Shown here piece by piece: positions 1 to 64,000 of a DNA stretch of 64,000 nt. The translations under genes were made by a program, and so were the position numbers. This DNA is from Octopus bimaculoides (taxonomy: Eukaryota), in assembly GCF_001194135.2 (NCBI RefSeq), contig NC_068983.1, forward strand, positions 167,844,568 through 167,908,567, given 5' to 3'. The notes below the pieces were generated by a model. That model saw only the letters and a program-made list of their open reading frames with translations, was not told where the DNA came from and ran no database searches. The stretch's first letter is position 1, and each line of letters starts with the position of its first letter.

Positions 1-96
1 AACATCTTGACCGGCCTGGCATCACCAGTCAATGCCTTTTAAGACAAACATCTTGACCGGCCTGGCATCACCAGTCGATGCCTTTTAAGACAAACA
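1..96. repeat. 46-bp tandem duplication (2 copies + 4 nt, 1 mismatch); may extend beyond the window
   Basis: aacatcttgaccggcctggcatcaccagtc(a/g)atgccttttaagaca at 1-46 and 47-92. Confidence 0.9.
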
Positions 97-780
97 AAAT
101 GAAAGTCAGCAGAATGAGGCTGAAATAACTAGCAACAGCAATAATCTTTGTCAATTAAGAATTCCATACAGAAGACGAAAAAAATAATAATTAGTTCTGG
201 AGTTGTAGCTACACTTACAACAACTAGGCTCCAATAAATTAAACATTACTTTCAGAATGACATTGCAATAATTAATACATTCTGCTAATTATGTAAACAA
301 GTGGCACGAAGGGAATATTTCTGGGGAAAAAAATACACAACATTTTTTTCTTTTAAATTTAGTCAACTCTAAGATAAGGAAGGATATTTTTTTTAACAGA
401 AGAAACTCGAGAATGGGTGAAAGAAGAAATTGCAATGGATTGTGCTGAAGATGTGGACTTAAAACTCATTTGTGGATTTTTGAATAATCTAATACAGTTA
501 CATTTCATTATTGTAATAATGTTTTTTAAAATGGGGGGGGGGGAGCTGGAGAAAAAATATGCAGAAACCAAATCAGCACTTATTGAAACTGTGATTTAAA
601 GGACAATATCTACACTCAAATCCTGAGATCAACAAATCCTTTTACACATCAACTCTTTTCACTTCAACCCTCTGTCTGAAAACACGAGTCAAAGTCTTCA
701 GCGCTCTAAACAGAGTATACTGTTAAAAAAATAATCTGTTATAGAAACCATTTTCTTCATTTTACGGAAACGGTAACAGG

Positions 781-786
781 TTTATT
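781..786 (-). terminator. Candidate polyadenylation signal AATAAA for DENND5, about 460 nt after the stop codon
   Basis: Plus strand TTTATT at 781-786; motif only, in AT-rich DNA. Confidence 0.3.
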
Positions 787-1241
787 GCTGACCCAGTTTT
801 GAACCAGCAAAATGAAAGAAGTGATCAATGTCGATCAGCGTTTTTTTTGTTTTCTTTGCAAGGTTGCACAGGTCCATGTTGTGAAGCAACTGTTGCTTCA
901 CAATGTCCAACATGTCAAAGACATTGCAGTCAATTCTTTGTAATGCTTTCATCACAGACAAACTGATATTAAAGAAGAATAATTGAGATCGGAAGACTAA
1001 GTGTGTAATAGTGGCCAGACATTATCAATTCTACGTATAACTGAATTTAAGAAAGATTAAAAATAGAAGGGAAAAAATGCCCTCAAAATATCAGTAGTGC
1101 CTGGTGTGACGGTAAGAGAATCTCTTTTTAAACTCTGAGTTTAAAAGATAAAAAAATTGACCAAGCAACTTGTTTGTAGCTTTTTTTTTTTTTTGTTGTT
1201 GATTAGGTTTTCTTCATGTCCACTCACTGGTCTTAATTTGA

Positions 1242-54681
<53,440 letters not shown>

Positions 54682-55970
54682 CTGTTAACAAATTAAAAAA
54701 AAGAAAAGAAAAAAAAAAACAGTGAGAAAGAGAATCTATGAGATTTTATGATAATGTGTAAAGTTTTACACATTATGATTTCTAAAATTACTGTAATTAG
54801 TGGTGTACAAGTTGCATTATTTTCTTTTTACTTGATTTTAATTGAAAAAACTGGGGTGTGACATACTTGGAGCAAAGTTAAAACTATAAAAGAAAAGAAT
54901 TTTGAAGCAAGATTTATTACTAAATTAGGGACACACGAGAGTGAGATATGCAAATGCATCTTATACAGGAGTAAATACAGTCTATGAAATCCAACCTGAA
55001 ATTGAAATGTCAAATCAAAGAAACATCATAAAACCATACAAACCATTGATACTGTATATTTGATTATTGATCTGTGAAATATTGCTTACATATGTCTTGT
55101 TTGGAAATTTTATAATTTGCCTTCTCCATCTCCAATCTTGAATCCAGACATATAATCAATAAACTCCAGGTTTATTGGATACAAAAAAGAAGAAAAAAAA
55201 AAGAAAAAAAAAGAAGAAGACTGTTATTGCAATGATTCTGTTTTATGCTTAGAACTGAAGCTGAAAGCTAACACTTGTCATAAAACCCAACTAAGATAAT
55301 GTTGTCATCAAATATATATATTACATACATACACACATATCTACATGCACACTCACACATGCATATAGACACACATACACATTCATTACATGCTTCAATA
55401 ATTTCAGTTGTGTGACACAACAGTAGTTACACTGAAGGGGGTAAAGGAATCACTGATGAGTAGTTATTGAGTCCTTGATCAGAGAAATTTATAATGAAAC
55501 TTAGCCCACCTAGTCTTTTATTCCTCTAGAACTACAATATCTCAGGTGCCTTCCTTTTGTCTGAGGCTGATATAGTGTAATTTGAGGGATATTTAACTGC
55601 AATGTCTAGTAGGTCCTGTGACTGCAATGTGTCTCACTCATTGATGAATAGTAATCTAAAAATAGTGCATCCATATTTTTTGAAGTAGACAAGAAGTTCA
55701 TTCATATTAATTAATATAAAGAAAGCAGTGAGCGAGCAGAGTCGTTAGCATGCCAAACAAAATGCAGAACTTCATTTGTCGATGTTCTGAGTTCAAATTC
55801 CATCATGATCCACTTTGCCTTTAATCCTCTTGGGGTTGATGAAATAAGTTGAACACTGGGGTCAATGCTATCCCACTGGGAAGGGACCACATTTCAAAGC
55901 AAGCTGGCAGCTGGGATTTTGTTGAGTATTCACTCTGAAGGGATCTGACCAGGCATGGAATTACTGGTGT

Positions 55971-56128
55971 GTGTGTGTACATGTGCGAATGCATATGCAT
56001 GTGTGCACGCCTGTATGTATGTATGTATGTATGTATGTATGTATGTATGTATGTATGTATGTACATATGTATGTACGTGAGTATTTAGGTAAGTGTGTAG
56101 ACATGACTTACTTTGTTGAAGGTTGTAT

Positions 56129-56172
<44 letters not shown>

Positions 56173-56828
56173 CTATATAGACACACACGTGTGTGTGTTT
56201 GTTCCTCTCACCACCGTTTAACGGTGAATGGATGCATATGTATGTATGTGTAGATGTGTGTGTGTGTGTGTGTGTGTGTACGAGTGAGTATGTGAGTGTA
56301 TGACTATGTACATGCATGCACGTATGAGTATGTGTAGATATATGTATGTATTGTATGTGTGTAAAAAAAAAAAGAAGCAAATTTGAATTTTAACCGTAAT
56401 CCGCGAAAATAGTGACATGTATAGATGGATATGCGTATATGTGTGTATGCTTTAAGTTTATACGTATATTTGTGAGTGTGTGTGAGTGCCTGTCTGTATG
56501 ATTGTGTGTACTTGTATATATGTATAAATAAGATTATAAACATAATTAAGGGATCCCTTAATTATGTTTATAATTATAAAAAAAAACTTTTTGTATAAGT
56601 TTTTATCGATAATGGTTTTACTTTTCCATACCGAACTACTTGGTAAAATTATTAATTATTAATTTATTAACAAATCAATAATCCTTTACCCTATATCTGT
56701 AAGTAAGGTTATATTTGCATGTCTGTATCTAAGACGTTGTATCCATTCACCATTAGACGGTGGTGAGAGGGACAAACGCACACCCACATGTGTGTGTTTA
56801 TCTCTCTCTCTATCTCTCTCTCTCTCTA

Positions 56829-56906
<78 letters not shown>

Positions 56907-57110
56907 CATACATCCTTCAACAAAGTAACAGTCATGTATACAACTTGAACAGACACATGTACACACACACACATCTACACACTTACCTAAATACTCACGT
57001 ACATACATACATGCGTATAGGCATGCACACATGCATACGTACATACATGTACACACACATACATACATACATTCATACATACATACATACGTACACACAC
57101 ACATACGTAC
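55971..57110. repeat. Large microsatellite-rich inverted repeat with a central 42-bp perfect palindrome (56533-56574)
   Basis: Three unique blocks match in inverted order (about 56075-56101/56974-57005, 56102-56128/56908-56936, 56191-56236/56738-56783). Confidence 0.8.
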
Positions 57111-57149
57111 AGAAATATCATGAACTAACTGTTACTTTCTCAGGTGCAG

Positions 57150-57345
57150 TACGGAATTTTGTCAGTGAGGCCGCGGTCTCAAAGCGACGAAAATATTTTG
57201 GTAAATTAAATTTAAATGTTGAAGTGAATCTAACGGTTTTTGTGTGTTTCTTAAATGGCTTCTAAACACCTTCCATGCTACAATTGTTTTCGTTCCAGCA
57301 CATGATCTCAGATCAGGTCACTTGCTATGCAAGTACATCTCCGTA
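57150..57345. mobile_element. Short interspersed repeat, MITE-like (TACGGA...TCCGTA ends)
   Basis: Very short terminal inverted match; recognised as a common octopod repeat from memory only. Confidence 0.4.
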
Positions 57346-57800
57346 ATAATAATATATACTTTAGCCACATTTTTTACCCCAACCATAGTTTAATATTTAG
57401 TTTCCATATTACAAAAGATTTTATAGATTTTTACAGGGATCTTAATCCTAAACCATTTAATTGACAAGGCGTAATCTTTTCAGATGCCTTCAAATTAACT
57501 TCTTCCAAGTTTAATTCCATTTAACACTATATATTTCAAAGATCCATTTTGATAGAAATTAATGGCAGTTTTTTTTTTTCACCCAACACCATCATTTTCA
57601 ATTACATGTTCATAGTCCATACCCATCATGCAAGTTAGAATATCTATTCACATTACTGAACAATTTCGAGGCTCAACCTACCTCCGTTCACATCTAACAA
57701 AATATATTTCGTTTCACTAGAGGCCAGCTATATTTAATTGCCATTCAACAATCTCTCTTTCACACACACACACAAACACACAATTATATAATTATATAAT

Positions 57801-57843
<43 letters not shown>

Positions 57844-58585
57844 TCTGATGTCAACAGAGGCAGCAGCTTCCCTAAACGTCTGCAATCTTGGTCAATCTTC
57901 TCTCAAGTAAAACATGTGTCTGGCTTCGATAATTGATGGTTACTCATGTGGATGTTCGCCAAAAGAAGCTTGATTAATAAAGGGAACTTAAAAACTGATG
58001 GAAGGTACGATCAGTGAGAGTCATTAGAGTTTTAGCCAAAGAAAGTAGATCACTGACAGNNNNNNNNNNNNNNNNNNNNNNNNNNNNNNNNNNNNNNNNN
58101 NNNNNNNNNNNNNNNNNNNNNNNNNNNNNNNNNNNNNNNNNNNNNNNNNNNNNNNNNNNNNNNNNNNNNNNNNNNNNNNNNNNNNNNNNNNNNNNNNNNN
58201 NNNNNNNNNNNNNNNNNNNNNNNNNNNNNNNNNNNNNNNNNNNNNNNNNNNNNNNNNNNNNNNNNNNNNNNNNNNNNNNNNNNNNNNNNNNNNNNNNNNN
58301 NNNNNNNNNNNNNNNNNNNNNNNNNNNNNNNNNNNNNNNNNNNNNNNNNNNNNNNNNNNNNNNNNNNNNNNNNNNNNNNNNNNNNNNNNNNNNNNNNNNN
58401 NNNNNNNNNNNNNNNNNNNNNNNNNNNNNNNNNNNNNNNNNNNNNNNNNNNNNNNNNNNNNNNNNNNNNNNNNNNNNCTGGTACTTCTTTAATCAACCTG
58501 AAAAGGATAAAAAGCAAAGTCAGCCTCAACTTAGAATGGTCAGTATTTCGTCCAGCATGCTAACAATTCTGCTAGCTTGCAAACC

Positions 58586-58638
<53 letters not shown>

Positions 58639-58777
58639 GCTAACCAGAAAGGAATTTGTTTAGAATTTTTAGCTGAGATTTTATAAAAAATAATTTTAAA
58701 AAACAATTCAGATGGTAAAGTATAATGAGGAATAGATCATTGTTTGGTGTGCATTTTAAAAAAATTTAAGCTATATA

Positions 58778-59698
58778 CAGGGTGTTTCAAAAACTTTGAT
58801 ATCATTTCACAATCTAATAACTTTACCAGTTCTTGTTCAAATGACTTCAAATTTTAACAGCATGCATAGAAACAGGTCAAAATTTAATGTTTAATGTTGG
58901 ATATGTTTATCTTTTCAGGTATAGAAATGGCATTCACTGGAAGAGAAAAAGCACTTTGTGTGTTGGAGTATGCTTGCGCACAGTGGAACAAGACTGTGCA
59001 GCGTGCATTTGTGAGGGAGTTCTCTAAAAAGACACCAAAGGCAATGCAGATTTGGACATGGCACAAAAAATTCAAAGAGGAAGGCTGTTTGTGCAGGGCA
59101 AAAGGATCTGGATGACCATTAACATTGGAAGAGACAGTCAAGCAGGTTCGCCAAAAGCTCTTGTGAAGCCCCAAGAAGTCCATAAAAAGAACAAGTCTGG
59201 AAACTCAGATTCTTCCAATGACAGTTTGGCGCATCCTGAGGAAACGCTTGCTAATTTCATTAACCTACAAGCTGCAGCTCGTTCAGGTCATAACAGCAGA
59301 TGACAAGCGAAAGCACAAACAATTCTGTGTTGATATGCAAGAGAAACTTGAAGCCGAGTTCAAGGAACGTCTCGTTTTCAGTGATGAGGTCACATTTCAT
59401 ACGAATGGCAAAATCAATAAGCATAATGTTTGCATTTGGGGTGAACAAAATCCCACAGCTGAGCATGAGAAGGACTCACCAAAAGGGAATGTGTTCTGCA
59501 CCATCTTCAAGAAGCATCTTCATGGTCCGTTATCTTTCCGTTCATGGAATCCACACACCTTTGAATTTCTCATTCAAACTTGGAGGAATAAATCTTTTGT
59601 TGCCCAACATTAAACCTGTTTAGTTTCATTTGCTTTGACTATGGAGTTTCTGTGATATTTACATCTCAAATGATATCAATTTTTTTTGAGACACCCTG
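58778..59698 (+). mobile_element. Internally deleted Tc1/mariner-superfamily transposon (DUF4817-type N-terminus, rosa/DD41D-like), 921 bp
   Basis: TA TSDs; TIRs CAGGGTGTTTCAAAAACTTTGATATCATTT / CAGGGTGTCTCAAAAAAAATTGATATCATTT; MAFTGREKALCVLEY...WHKKFKEEG, YKLQLVQ, LVFSDEVTFHTNGKINKHNVCIWGEQNP; downstream catalytic region missing. Confidence 0.85.
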
Positions 59699-59764
59699 TA
59701 TACCGATAAAGTTCTATGTATTAGGTTAGATGTGTAGGTCAGGCATGGCTTTGCGGTTACAAGT

Positions 59765-60125
59765 GCAAGCATGACTGGGTGGTTAAGAAGCTCAATTTGC
59801 AGCCACATGGTTTCAGGTTTAGTCCCAATGCGCAACAACTTAAGTGGGTTTTTTTTCCTACTACCCACCTAAGCTGACAAATGCCTTGTGAGTGAATTTG
59901 GTAGATGGAAACTGTGTGGAAGCCCATCATATAGGTGTGTGTCTTTATGTTTGTTTTCCTCCCCATTGCTTAACAATTGGTATTGGTTTGCTCACATCAC
60001 ATAATAGTTCCACAAAAACCAAACTTAAAAAACAAGTGCTGAGATTGATCTGTTTAGCTAAAACACTACAAGGCAGTGCTCCAGCATGGATGCAGTTCAA
60101 TGACAGAAACAAGGGAAAAAAAAGA
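59765..60125 (+). mobile_element. tRNA-derived SINE with the alternative tail (GGCAGTGCTCCAGCATGG..GCAGT...ATGAC.GAAACAAG); minus copies at about 45291-45635 and 10935-11155
   Basis: Same head as the 8209 family, different 3' half. Confidence 0.75.
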
Positions 60126-62028
60126 TATGTTTTGGAATTTATCTTCTTTAGACACAAATGATAAAAAAAAAATGTTTTTTAATGAAAAATCAAATTTGAA
60201 AATCATTTCAGTGTGAGAAAATCCAATAATGGATAAAAGCAGATAAAATATTGTTGACAGATGTGAAGTGGGGACAAAATATGAAGAAAAGAAATATGCA
60301 TAATTTAGAAAAGGCTGCTGTGTTTAAGATGCACACGTGTTGAAAATATAAACCAAGGAGACGAAGCATTATGCTGCAGACATTCCAAAAATGTAAAAAT
60401 GGCAAAAAAAAATAAACAGAAAAATATGACATTGCCATTACATTACTGTATTAGGATTAGTTTTGTCAGAATTTAAAGAAAAAAAATAAAGCATACTATA
60501 TTAAATATGTTAGTAAAAGTTTGTTAAAAGAATGAGTCCTTAATTAATTCGATGGAAAGAGAATTAATTATCCAGAGATGCATGGCAAGTGGTCAGATAA
60601 AAAAAAATGTTTAAACAAGCAAAAATAGAAAAAAATAGGTTTTAAATATAAGAAAAAAGAAAAGATACATATATATATATATATATATAAACAAATGCAA
60701 TTTAATGTTAAAAAAGAATTGATATTGACTGATATGAATAAAAATGGCTTACATTTTTTTTTTTTTTTCAATGCAAAACGTGCCAAAAGCAGTGTTGGGT
60801 GGAGAAAATTAAAGGAAAATTGGTTAAATTTCAAGAACGATGATTTCAACTATTCCACCAAACTTTAATCTATACACAGATGGAGGGAGGGAAGGGGGGA
60901 GAGAGAGAAACCAATTTACAGACTGTCAACTCTCAGCAGTAAACAAAAAGATTATCTTTGCTTGGCTGACAAACTCTGATTCTGTCAGAGTCACCTTATT
61001 CTGGTTTCTTTCGAGAGCTTTTAACGGAATACAAACCTGGTCCCTGGATGGGGTGCCAGTTCATTGCACAGGTGATTGTTGGTGGGACTCATTTCCAGCT
61101 GAGTAGACTGAAGAAATGTGAAGCGGAGTATCTTTAATCAAGGATACAATGTGAACTCATAAGCCTAACACAGGACAATGTGATTTCCATTTCCATAAAT
61201 TAGTAGGGTAAGTATTGGCAGCAGGAAATTTGGAATCAGACCCGAGTCAGGCTGTAACGATCCATCTAACTCATATCAGTCTGGAAACTCATATCAGTCT
61301 GGAAAAGTAAACGTAAGATGATGATAACAACTACGAATAACAACTGTGAATTCCCACAAAGTAACGTCTATGGGGAAGCTCTTCTTACTAGAAAAAGTAG
61401 CCCAAAGATACATTAGGCAATGTAGTCCTATACAGCCACAGAGTCAAAAGGGTGAGAGGTGGTGATCAAAGCTGAAATTGTTTCCATAAAAAATTGCTGT
61501 TCAATAACAAAAACTAATTTGAATAGAGTCTTCTAAATCACTTAAATAGAACGAATACAACTATTCTAAAGCAGTAAGAAAAACAGCTTCACCATTGTTA
61601 TATGACAAAACTAACTTTTATAATTGTAATGATTTCTAAATCCATGGCTATGCAGGAAAAAAAAATAGTGACAAAATGGAAGACATTGTTGTCAATATTT
61701 CCTTCAATATATATATGACTTCAAAGAGACCTGGTTTGATGCAAATGGTAAGCTAACAAACTGAAATCATTTAAACATTGTTTTTGGTATATCATGGTTC
61801 TGCATTGAAATACTTCTGACATTTGTTTTTCCAGCCCATCTGGTGATTGAGACAAATGATTGAACTACAAACTCTCCACATAAAAAAAAAAAGTAAGAGT
61901 TCTTCATCTTAAGAAATCATTATAAAACGAGTAGTGTGACAGAAAATAATGTCACACGAGACATTTGTTGGTGCCCAGTTTTCTTAACAGTCTCAAGTTC
62001 AAGTTTCATCAAGGTTGACTTTACCTTT

Positions 62029-62065
<37 letters not shown>

Positions 62066-62590
62066 CACATCATGCATGAGCTAGATTCAGATGTAATTAA
62101 GCGAATGACTCCCACTACAAACTTATTATCTGGTGCCATTCTATGACACAGTTTATTAATCTTATAGTTAAGATATAAATACAAATAAAAAAGTAAAGAT
62201 TCTTTTGTTTACTATTTATCTAAAGTGCAATTAGAGGACACAAGAGTATGAATGCAAATCTTAATTACTATGTCAAAAGATCAGTGCCTTCTTTAATTTC
62301 TAGAGAAAAGGTACTAAACTTTTATTAAATTCAAACATCCCCATGTGTAACTAATATTTTCTTTGAATTTATACAATAAGAAAATTCTTAAATCCTTAGC
62401 AACACTTTGAAAATAAAGTATGGTGCTAAGGTGTGAAGCTAAAGTAAGATATTTTAAAAGCAGTCAGATGAAAAAATAATTCAAACGACCAAGAAAAAAC
62501 AATCAATTAGTATAAGTAAAAGAAAAAAATTAGTCTTTTACTGTGTGTGTATGTGCGTGTGTGTGTGTGTTTGTGTGAGAGTGAGTGAGT

Positions 62591-62595
<5 letters not shown>

Positions 62596-62659
<64 letters not shown>

Positions 62660-62761
62660 NNNNNNNNNNNNNNNNNNNNNNNNNNNNNNNNNNNNNNNNN
62701 NNNNNNNNNNNNNNNNNNNNNNNNNNNNNNNNNNNNNNNNNNNNNNNNNNNNNNNNNNNNN

Positions 62762-62840
<79 letters not shown>
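62596..62840. repeat. (GA)n microsatellite spanning an N-gap. Other long tracts: (TA)n 11180-11266, 22425-22461, 56846-56901; (TG)n 26011-26070; (TATG)n about 55993-56060; (AAT)n 58590-58638
   Basis: Direct reading. Confidence 0.95.
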
Positions 62841-62845
<5 letters not shown>

Positions 62846-63033
62846 TGTTAAGTAACTGCTGGCAGTATATAGACATATACTTCTAGACTGACAAAGAGTC
62901 GAACATCATCAAAAGGATTAACAGTAATAAAATAATATCAAATGGAATCATAATCTCTCTCTTTAAAAAAAAATATTAATTCACTGCCAGCAAACTCAAA
63001 CTGGAACCAACTTACAATAAACAAACACTACAC

Positions 63034-63064
<31 letters not shown>

Positions 63065-63599
63065 CAGTCATTGAAGTAGACAAAATTGGTAATATGGAAT
63101 GAATTATTAAAATAAAACCAGTGTCAAATGAAATGGAATATTAAATAGGTTCTGAGAGTGAAGAAATGTTATGATAAGTAAAATAGAGAGGGAAATAAGA
63201 GAGTGAAGTGTAGAATAGAAATAAAAACAAATATTTCATTACTCACAAGCCAAATTTTAACATGTTTCTCAGCAAGTGCATACTTTGGAATAGAACAAGA
63301 TGATAATAGATAAATACATAAAAGACTCAGCCAGTTGAGCAATTGGTTAAAATTGTGGAGACAATCTTTCAACCTGAATCATCTGTGACGATCAAAACAA
63401 GAGGAAATGTGGAGAAAAGTAATGTTGGAACATAACTTGTATTCAATACAGACATCTCCAGTTGTCATCAGAAACCTCTTTTCTAATCTGTTTAATTCCC
63501 CCACACCCCCCAAAATGCATTGTAACTACTAATAGAATAAAATATCTAACAACTGAAGTATGAAGAACTATTACATCTATATATAAAAAAAAGTATCAT

Positions 63600-64000
63600 A
63601 TACATGGTGGTTGTCTCCTCCTTAAACAGAGTTTGACCCCCTCCTGCACCTACACCTTAGCCCTTTCATGGCGTCTGATGTGGCTTTTTAAACCAGACAG
63701 TGTTTTGAAAAAACACCCACACAGATTGCACCTCTGATTTGCACTACCAATACCTGCAAGTAAGTTCTGCTCATTGTGGATCCTAACATGTCTTTTAAGA
63801 CCCCCATTGGATTTGCAAACCCTCTGGCACACACCACATTCAAACGTGTGCACAGACATATAATCAGAATAGCTGGACCTGTTATGAAAGGCATTTTAAA
63901 ATGTTAGAAAAATTCCACCAAAAATGCCTTCGTCATATTTTAAGAATTAAATGGAATTCTTTTACTCCAAACACAGATATCCTTGCATCTGCAGGCATCC
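63600..64000. mobile_element. RTE LINE pieces in opposite orientation: zinc-finger 3' end on minus (about 63600-63860) and RT C-terminal part on plus (about 63860-64000)
   Basis: Minus: CGVCQRVCKSNGGLKRHVRIH...CNLCGCFFKTLSGLKSHIRRH*, then an ACCACCATGTATATG tail. Plus: WTCYERHFKMLEKFHQKCLRHILRIKWNSFTPNTDILASAGI. Confidence 0.75.

Noticed and set aside
55821-57265. Cluster of ORFs (IYIY, HTHT, CMYV, LSLS) here and at 11204, 22239, 25903, 45465 and 62538
   Set aside because: Translations of stop-free microsatellites.
63650-63859. Stand-alone two-finger C2H2 zinc-finger gene (cephalopods have a large C2H2 expansion)
   Set aside because: No TGEKP linkers; followed by an RTE-like tail and joined to an RTE ORF fragment, so better explained as a LINE C-terminus.
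54682-64000. Upstream DENND5 exons (expected ...QWRRKDR...EHL...)
   Set aside because: No matching exon found by eye; it lies beyond the window or possibly in the 58060-58478 gap.

Overview
AT-rich, microsatellite- and transposon-dense eukaryotic DNA. It looks like a short-read assembly: five N-gaps, three of them inside microsatellites. The repeat landscape looks octopod (Octopus-like; recognition, not proven). The window holds the 3' half of one long minus-strand gene, a DENND5A/B (RAB6IP1) orthologue. I rebuilt 13 GT-AG exons by hand from 54681 down to the stop at 1242. All splice phases are compatible and give 592-593 aa: pre-RUN linker, RUN1, PLAT, RUN2 and a C-terminal RGLDI*. The DENN-coding 5' exons were not found in the window. 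The introns contain RTE-type LINEs (one family has a PHD-type finger inside its RT and is the source of about 25 (GAT)n-tailed short repeats), RLE-type LINE fragments sitting in (TAA)n tracts, mariner/Tc1 and hAT elements, SINEs and several fold-back structures. Best leads: (1) a hidden 36-nt phase-symmetric microexon (AMIWFILRKRIV) in the 27-kb RUN1 intron; (2) long near-perfect hairpins on both sides of the first RUN1 exon; (3) the PHD-in-RT LINE; (4) microsatellite-associated RLE LINEs; (5) a probable 5'-inverted (twin-primed) RTE insertion. No prokaryotic features, CRISPR arrays, or rRNA/tRNA genes are supported.
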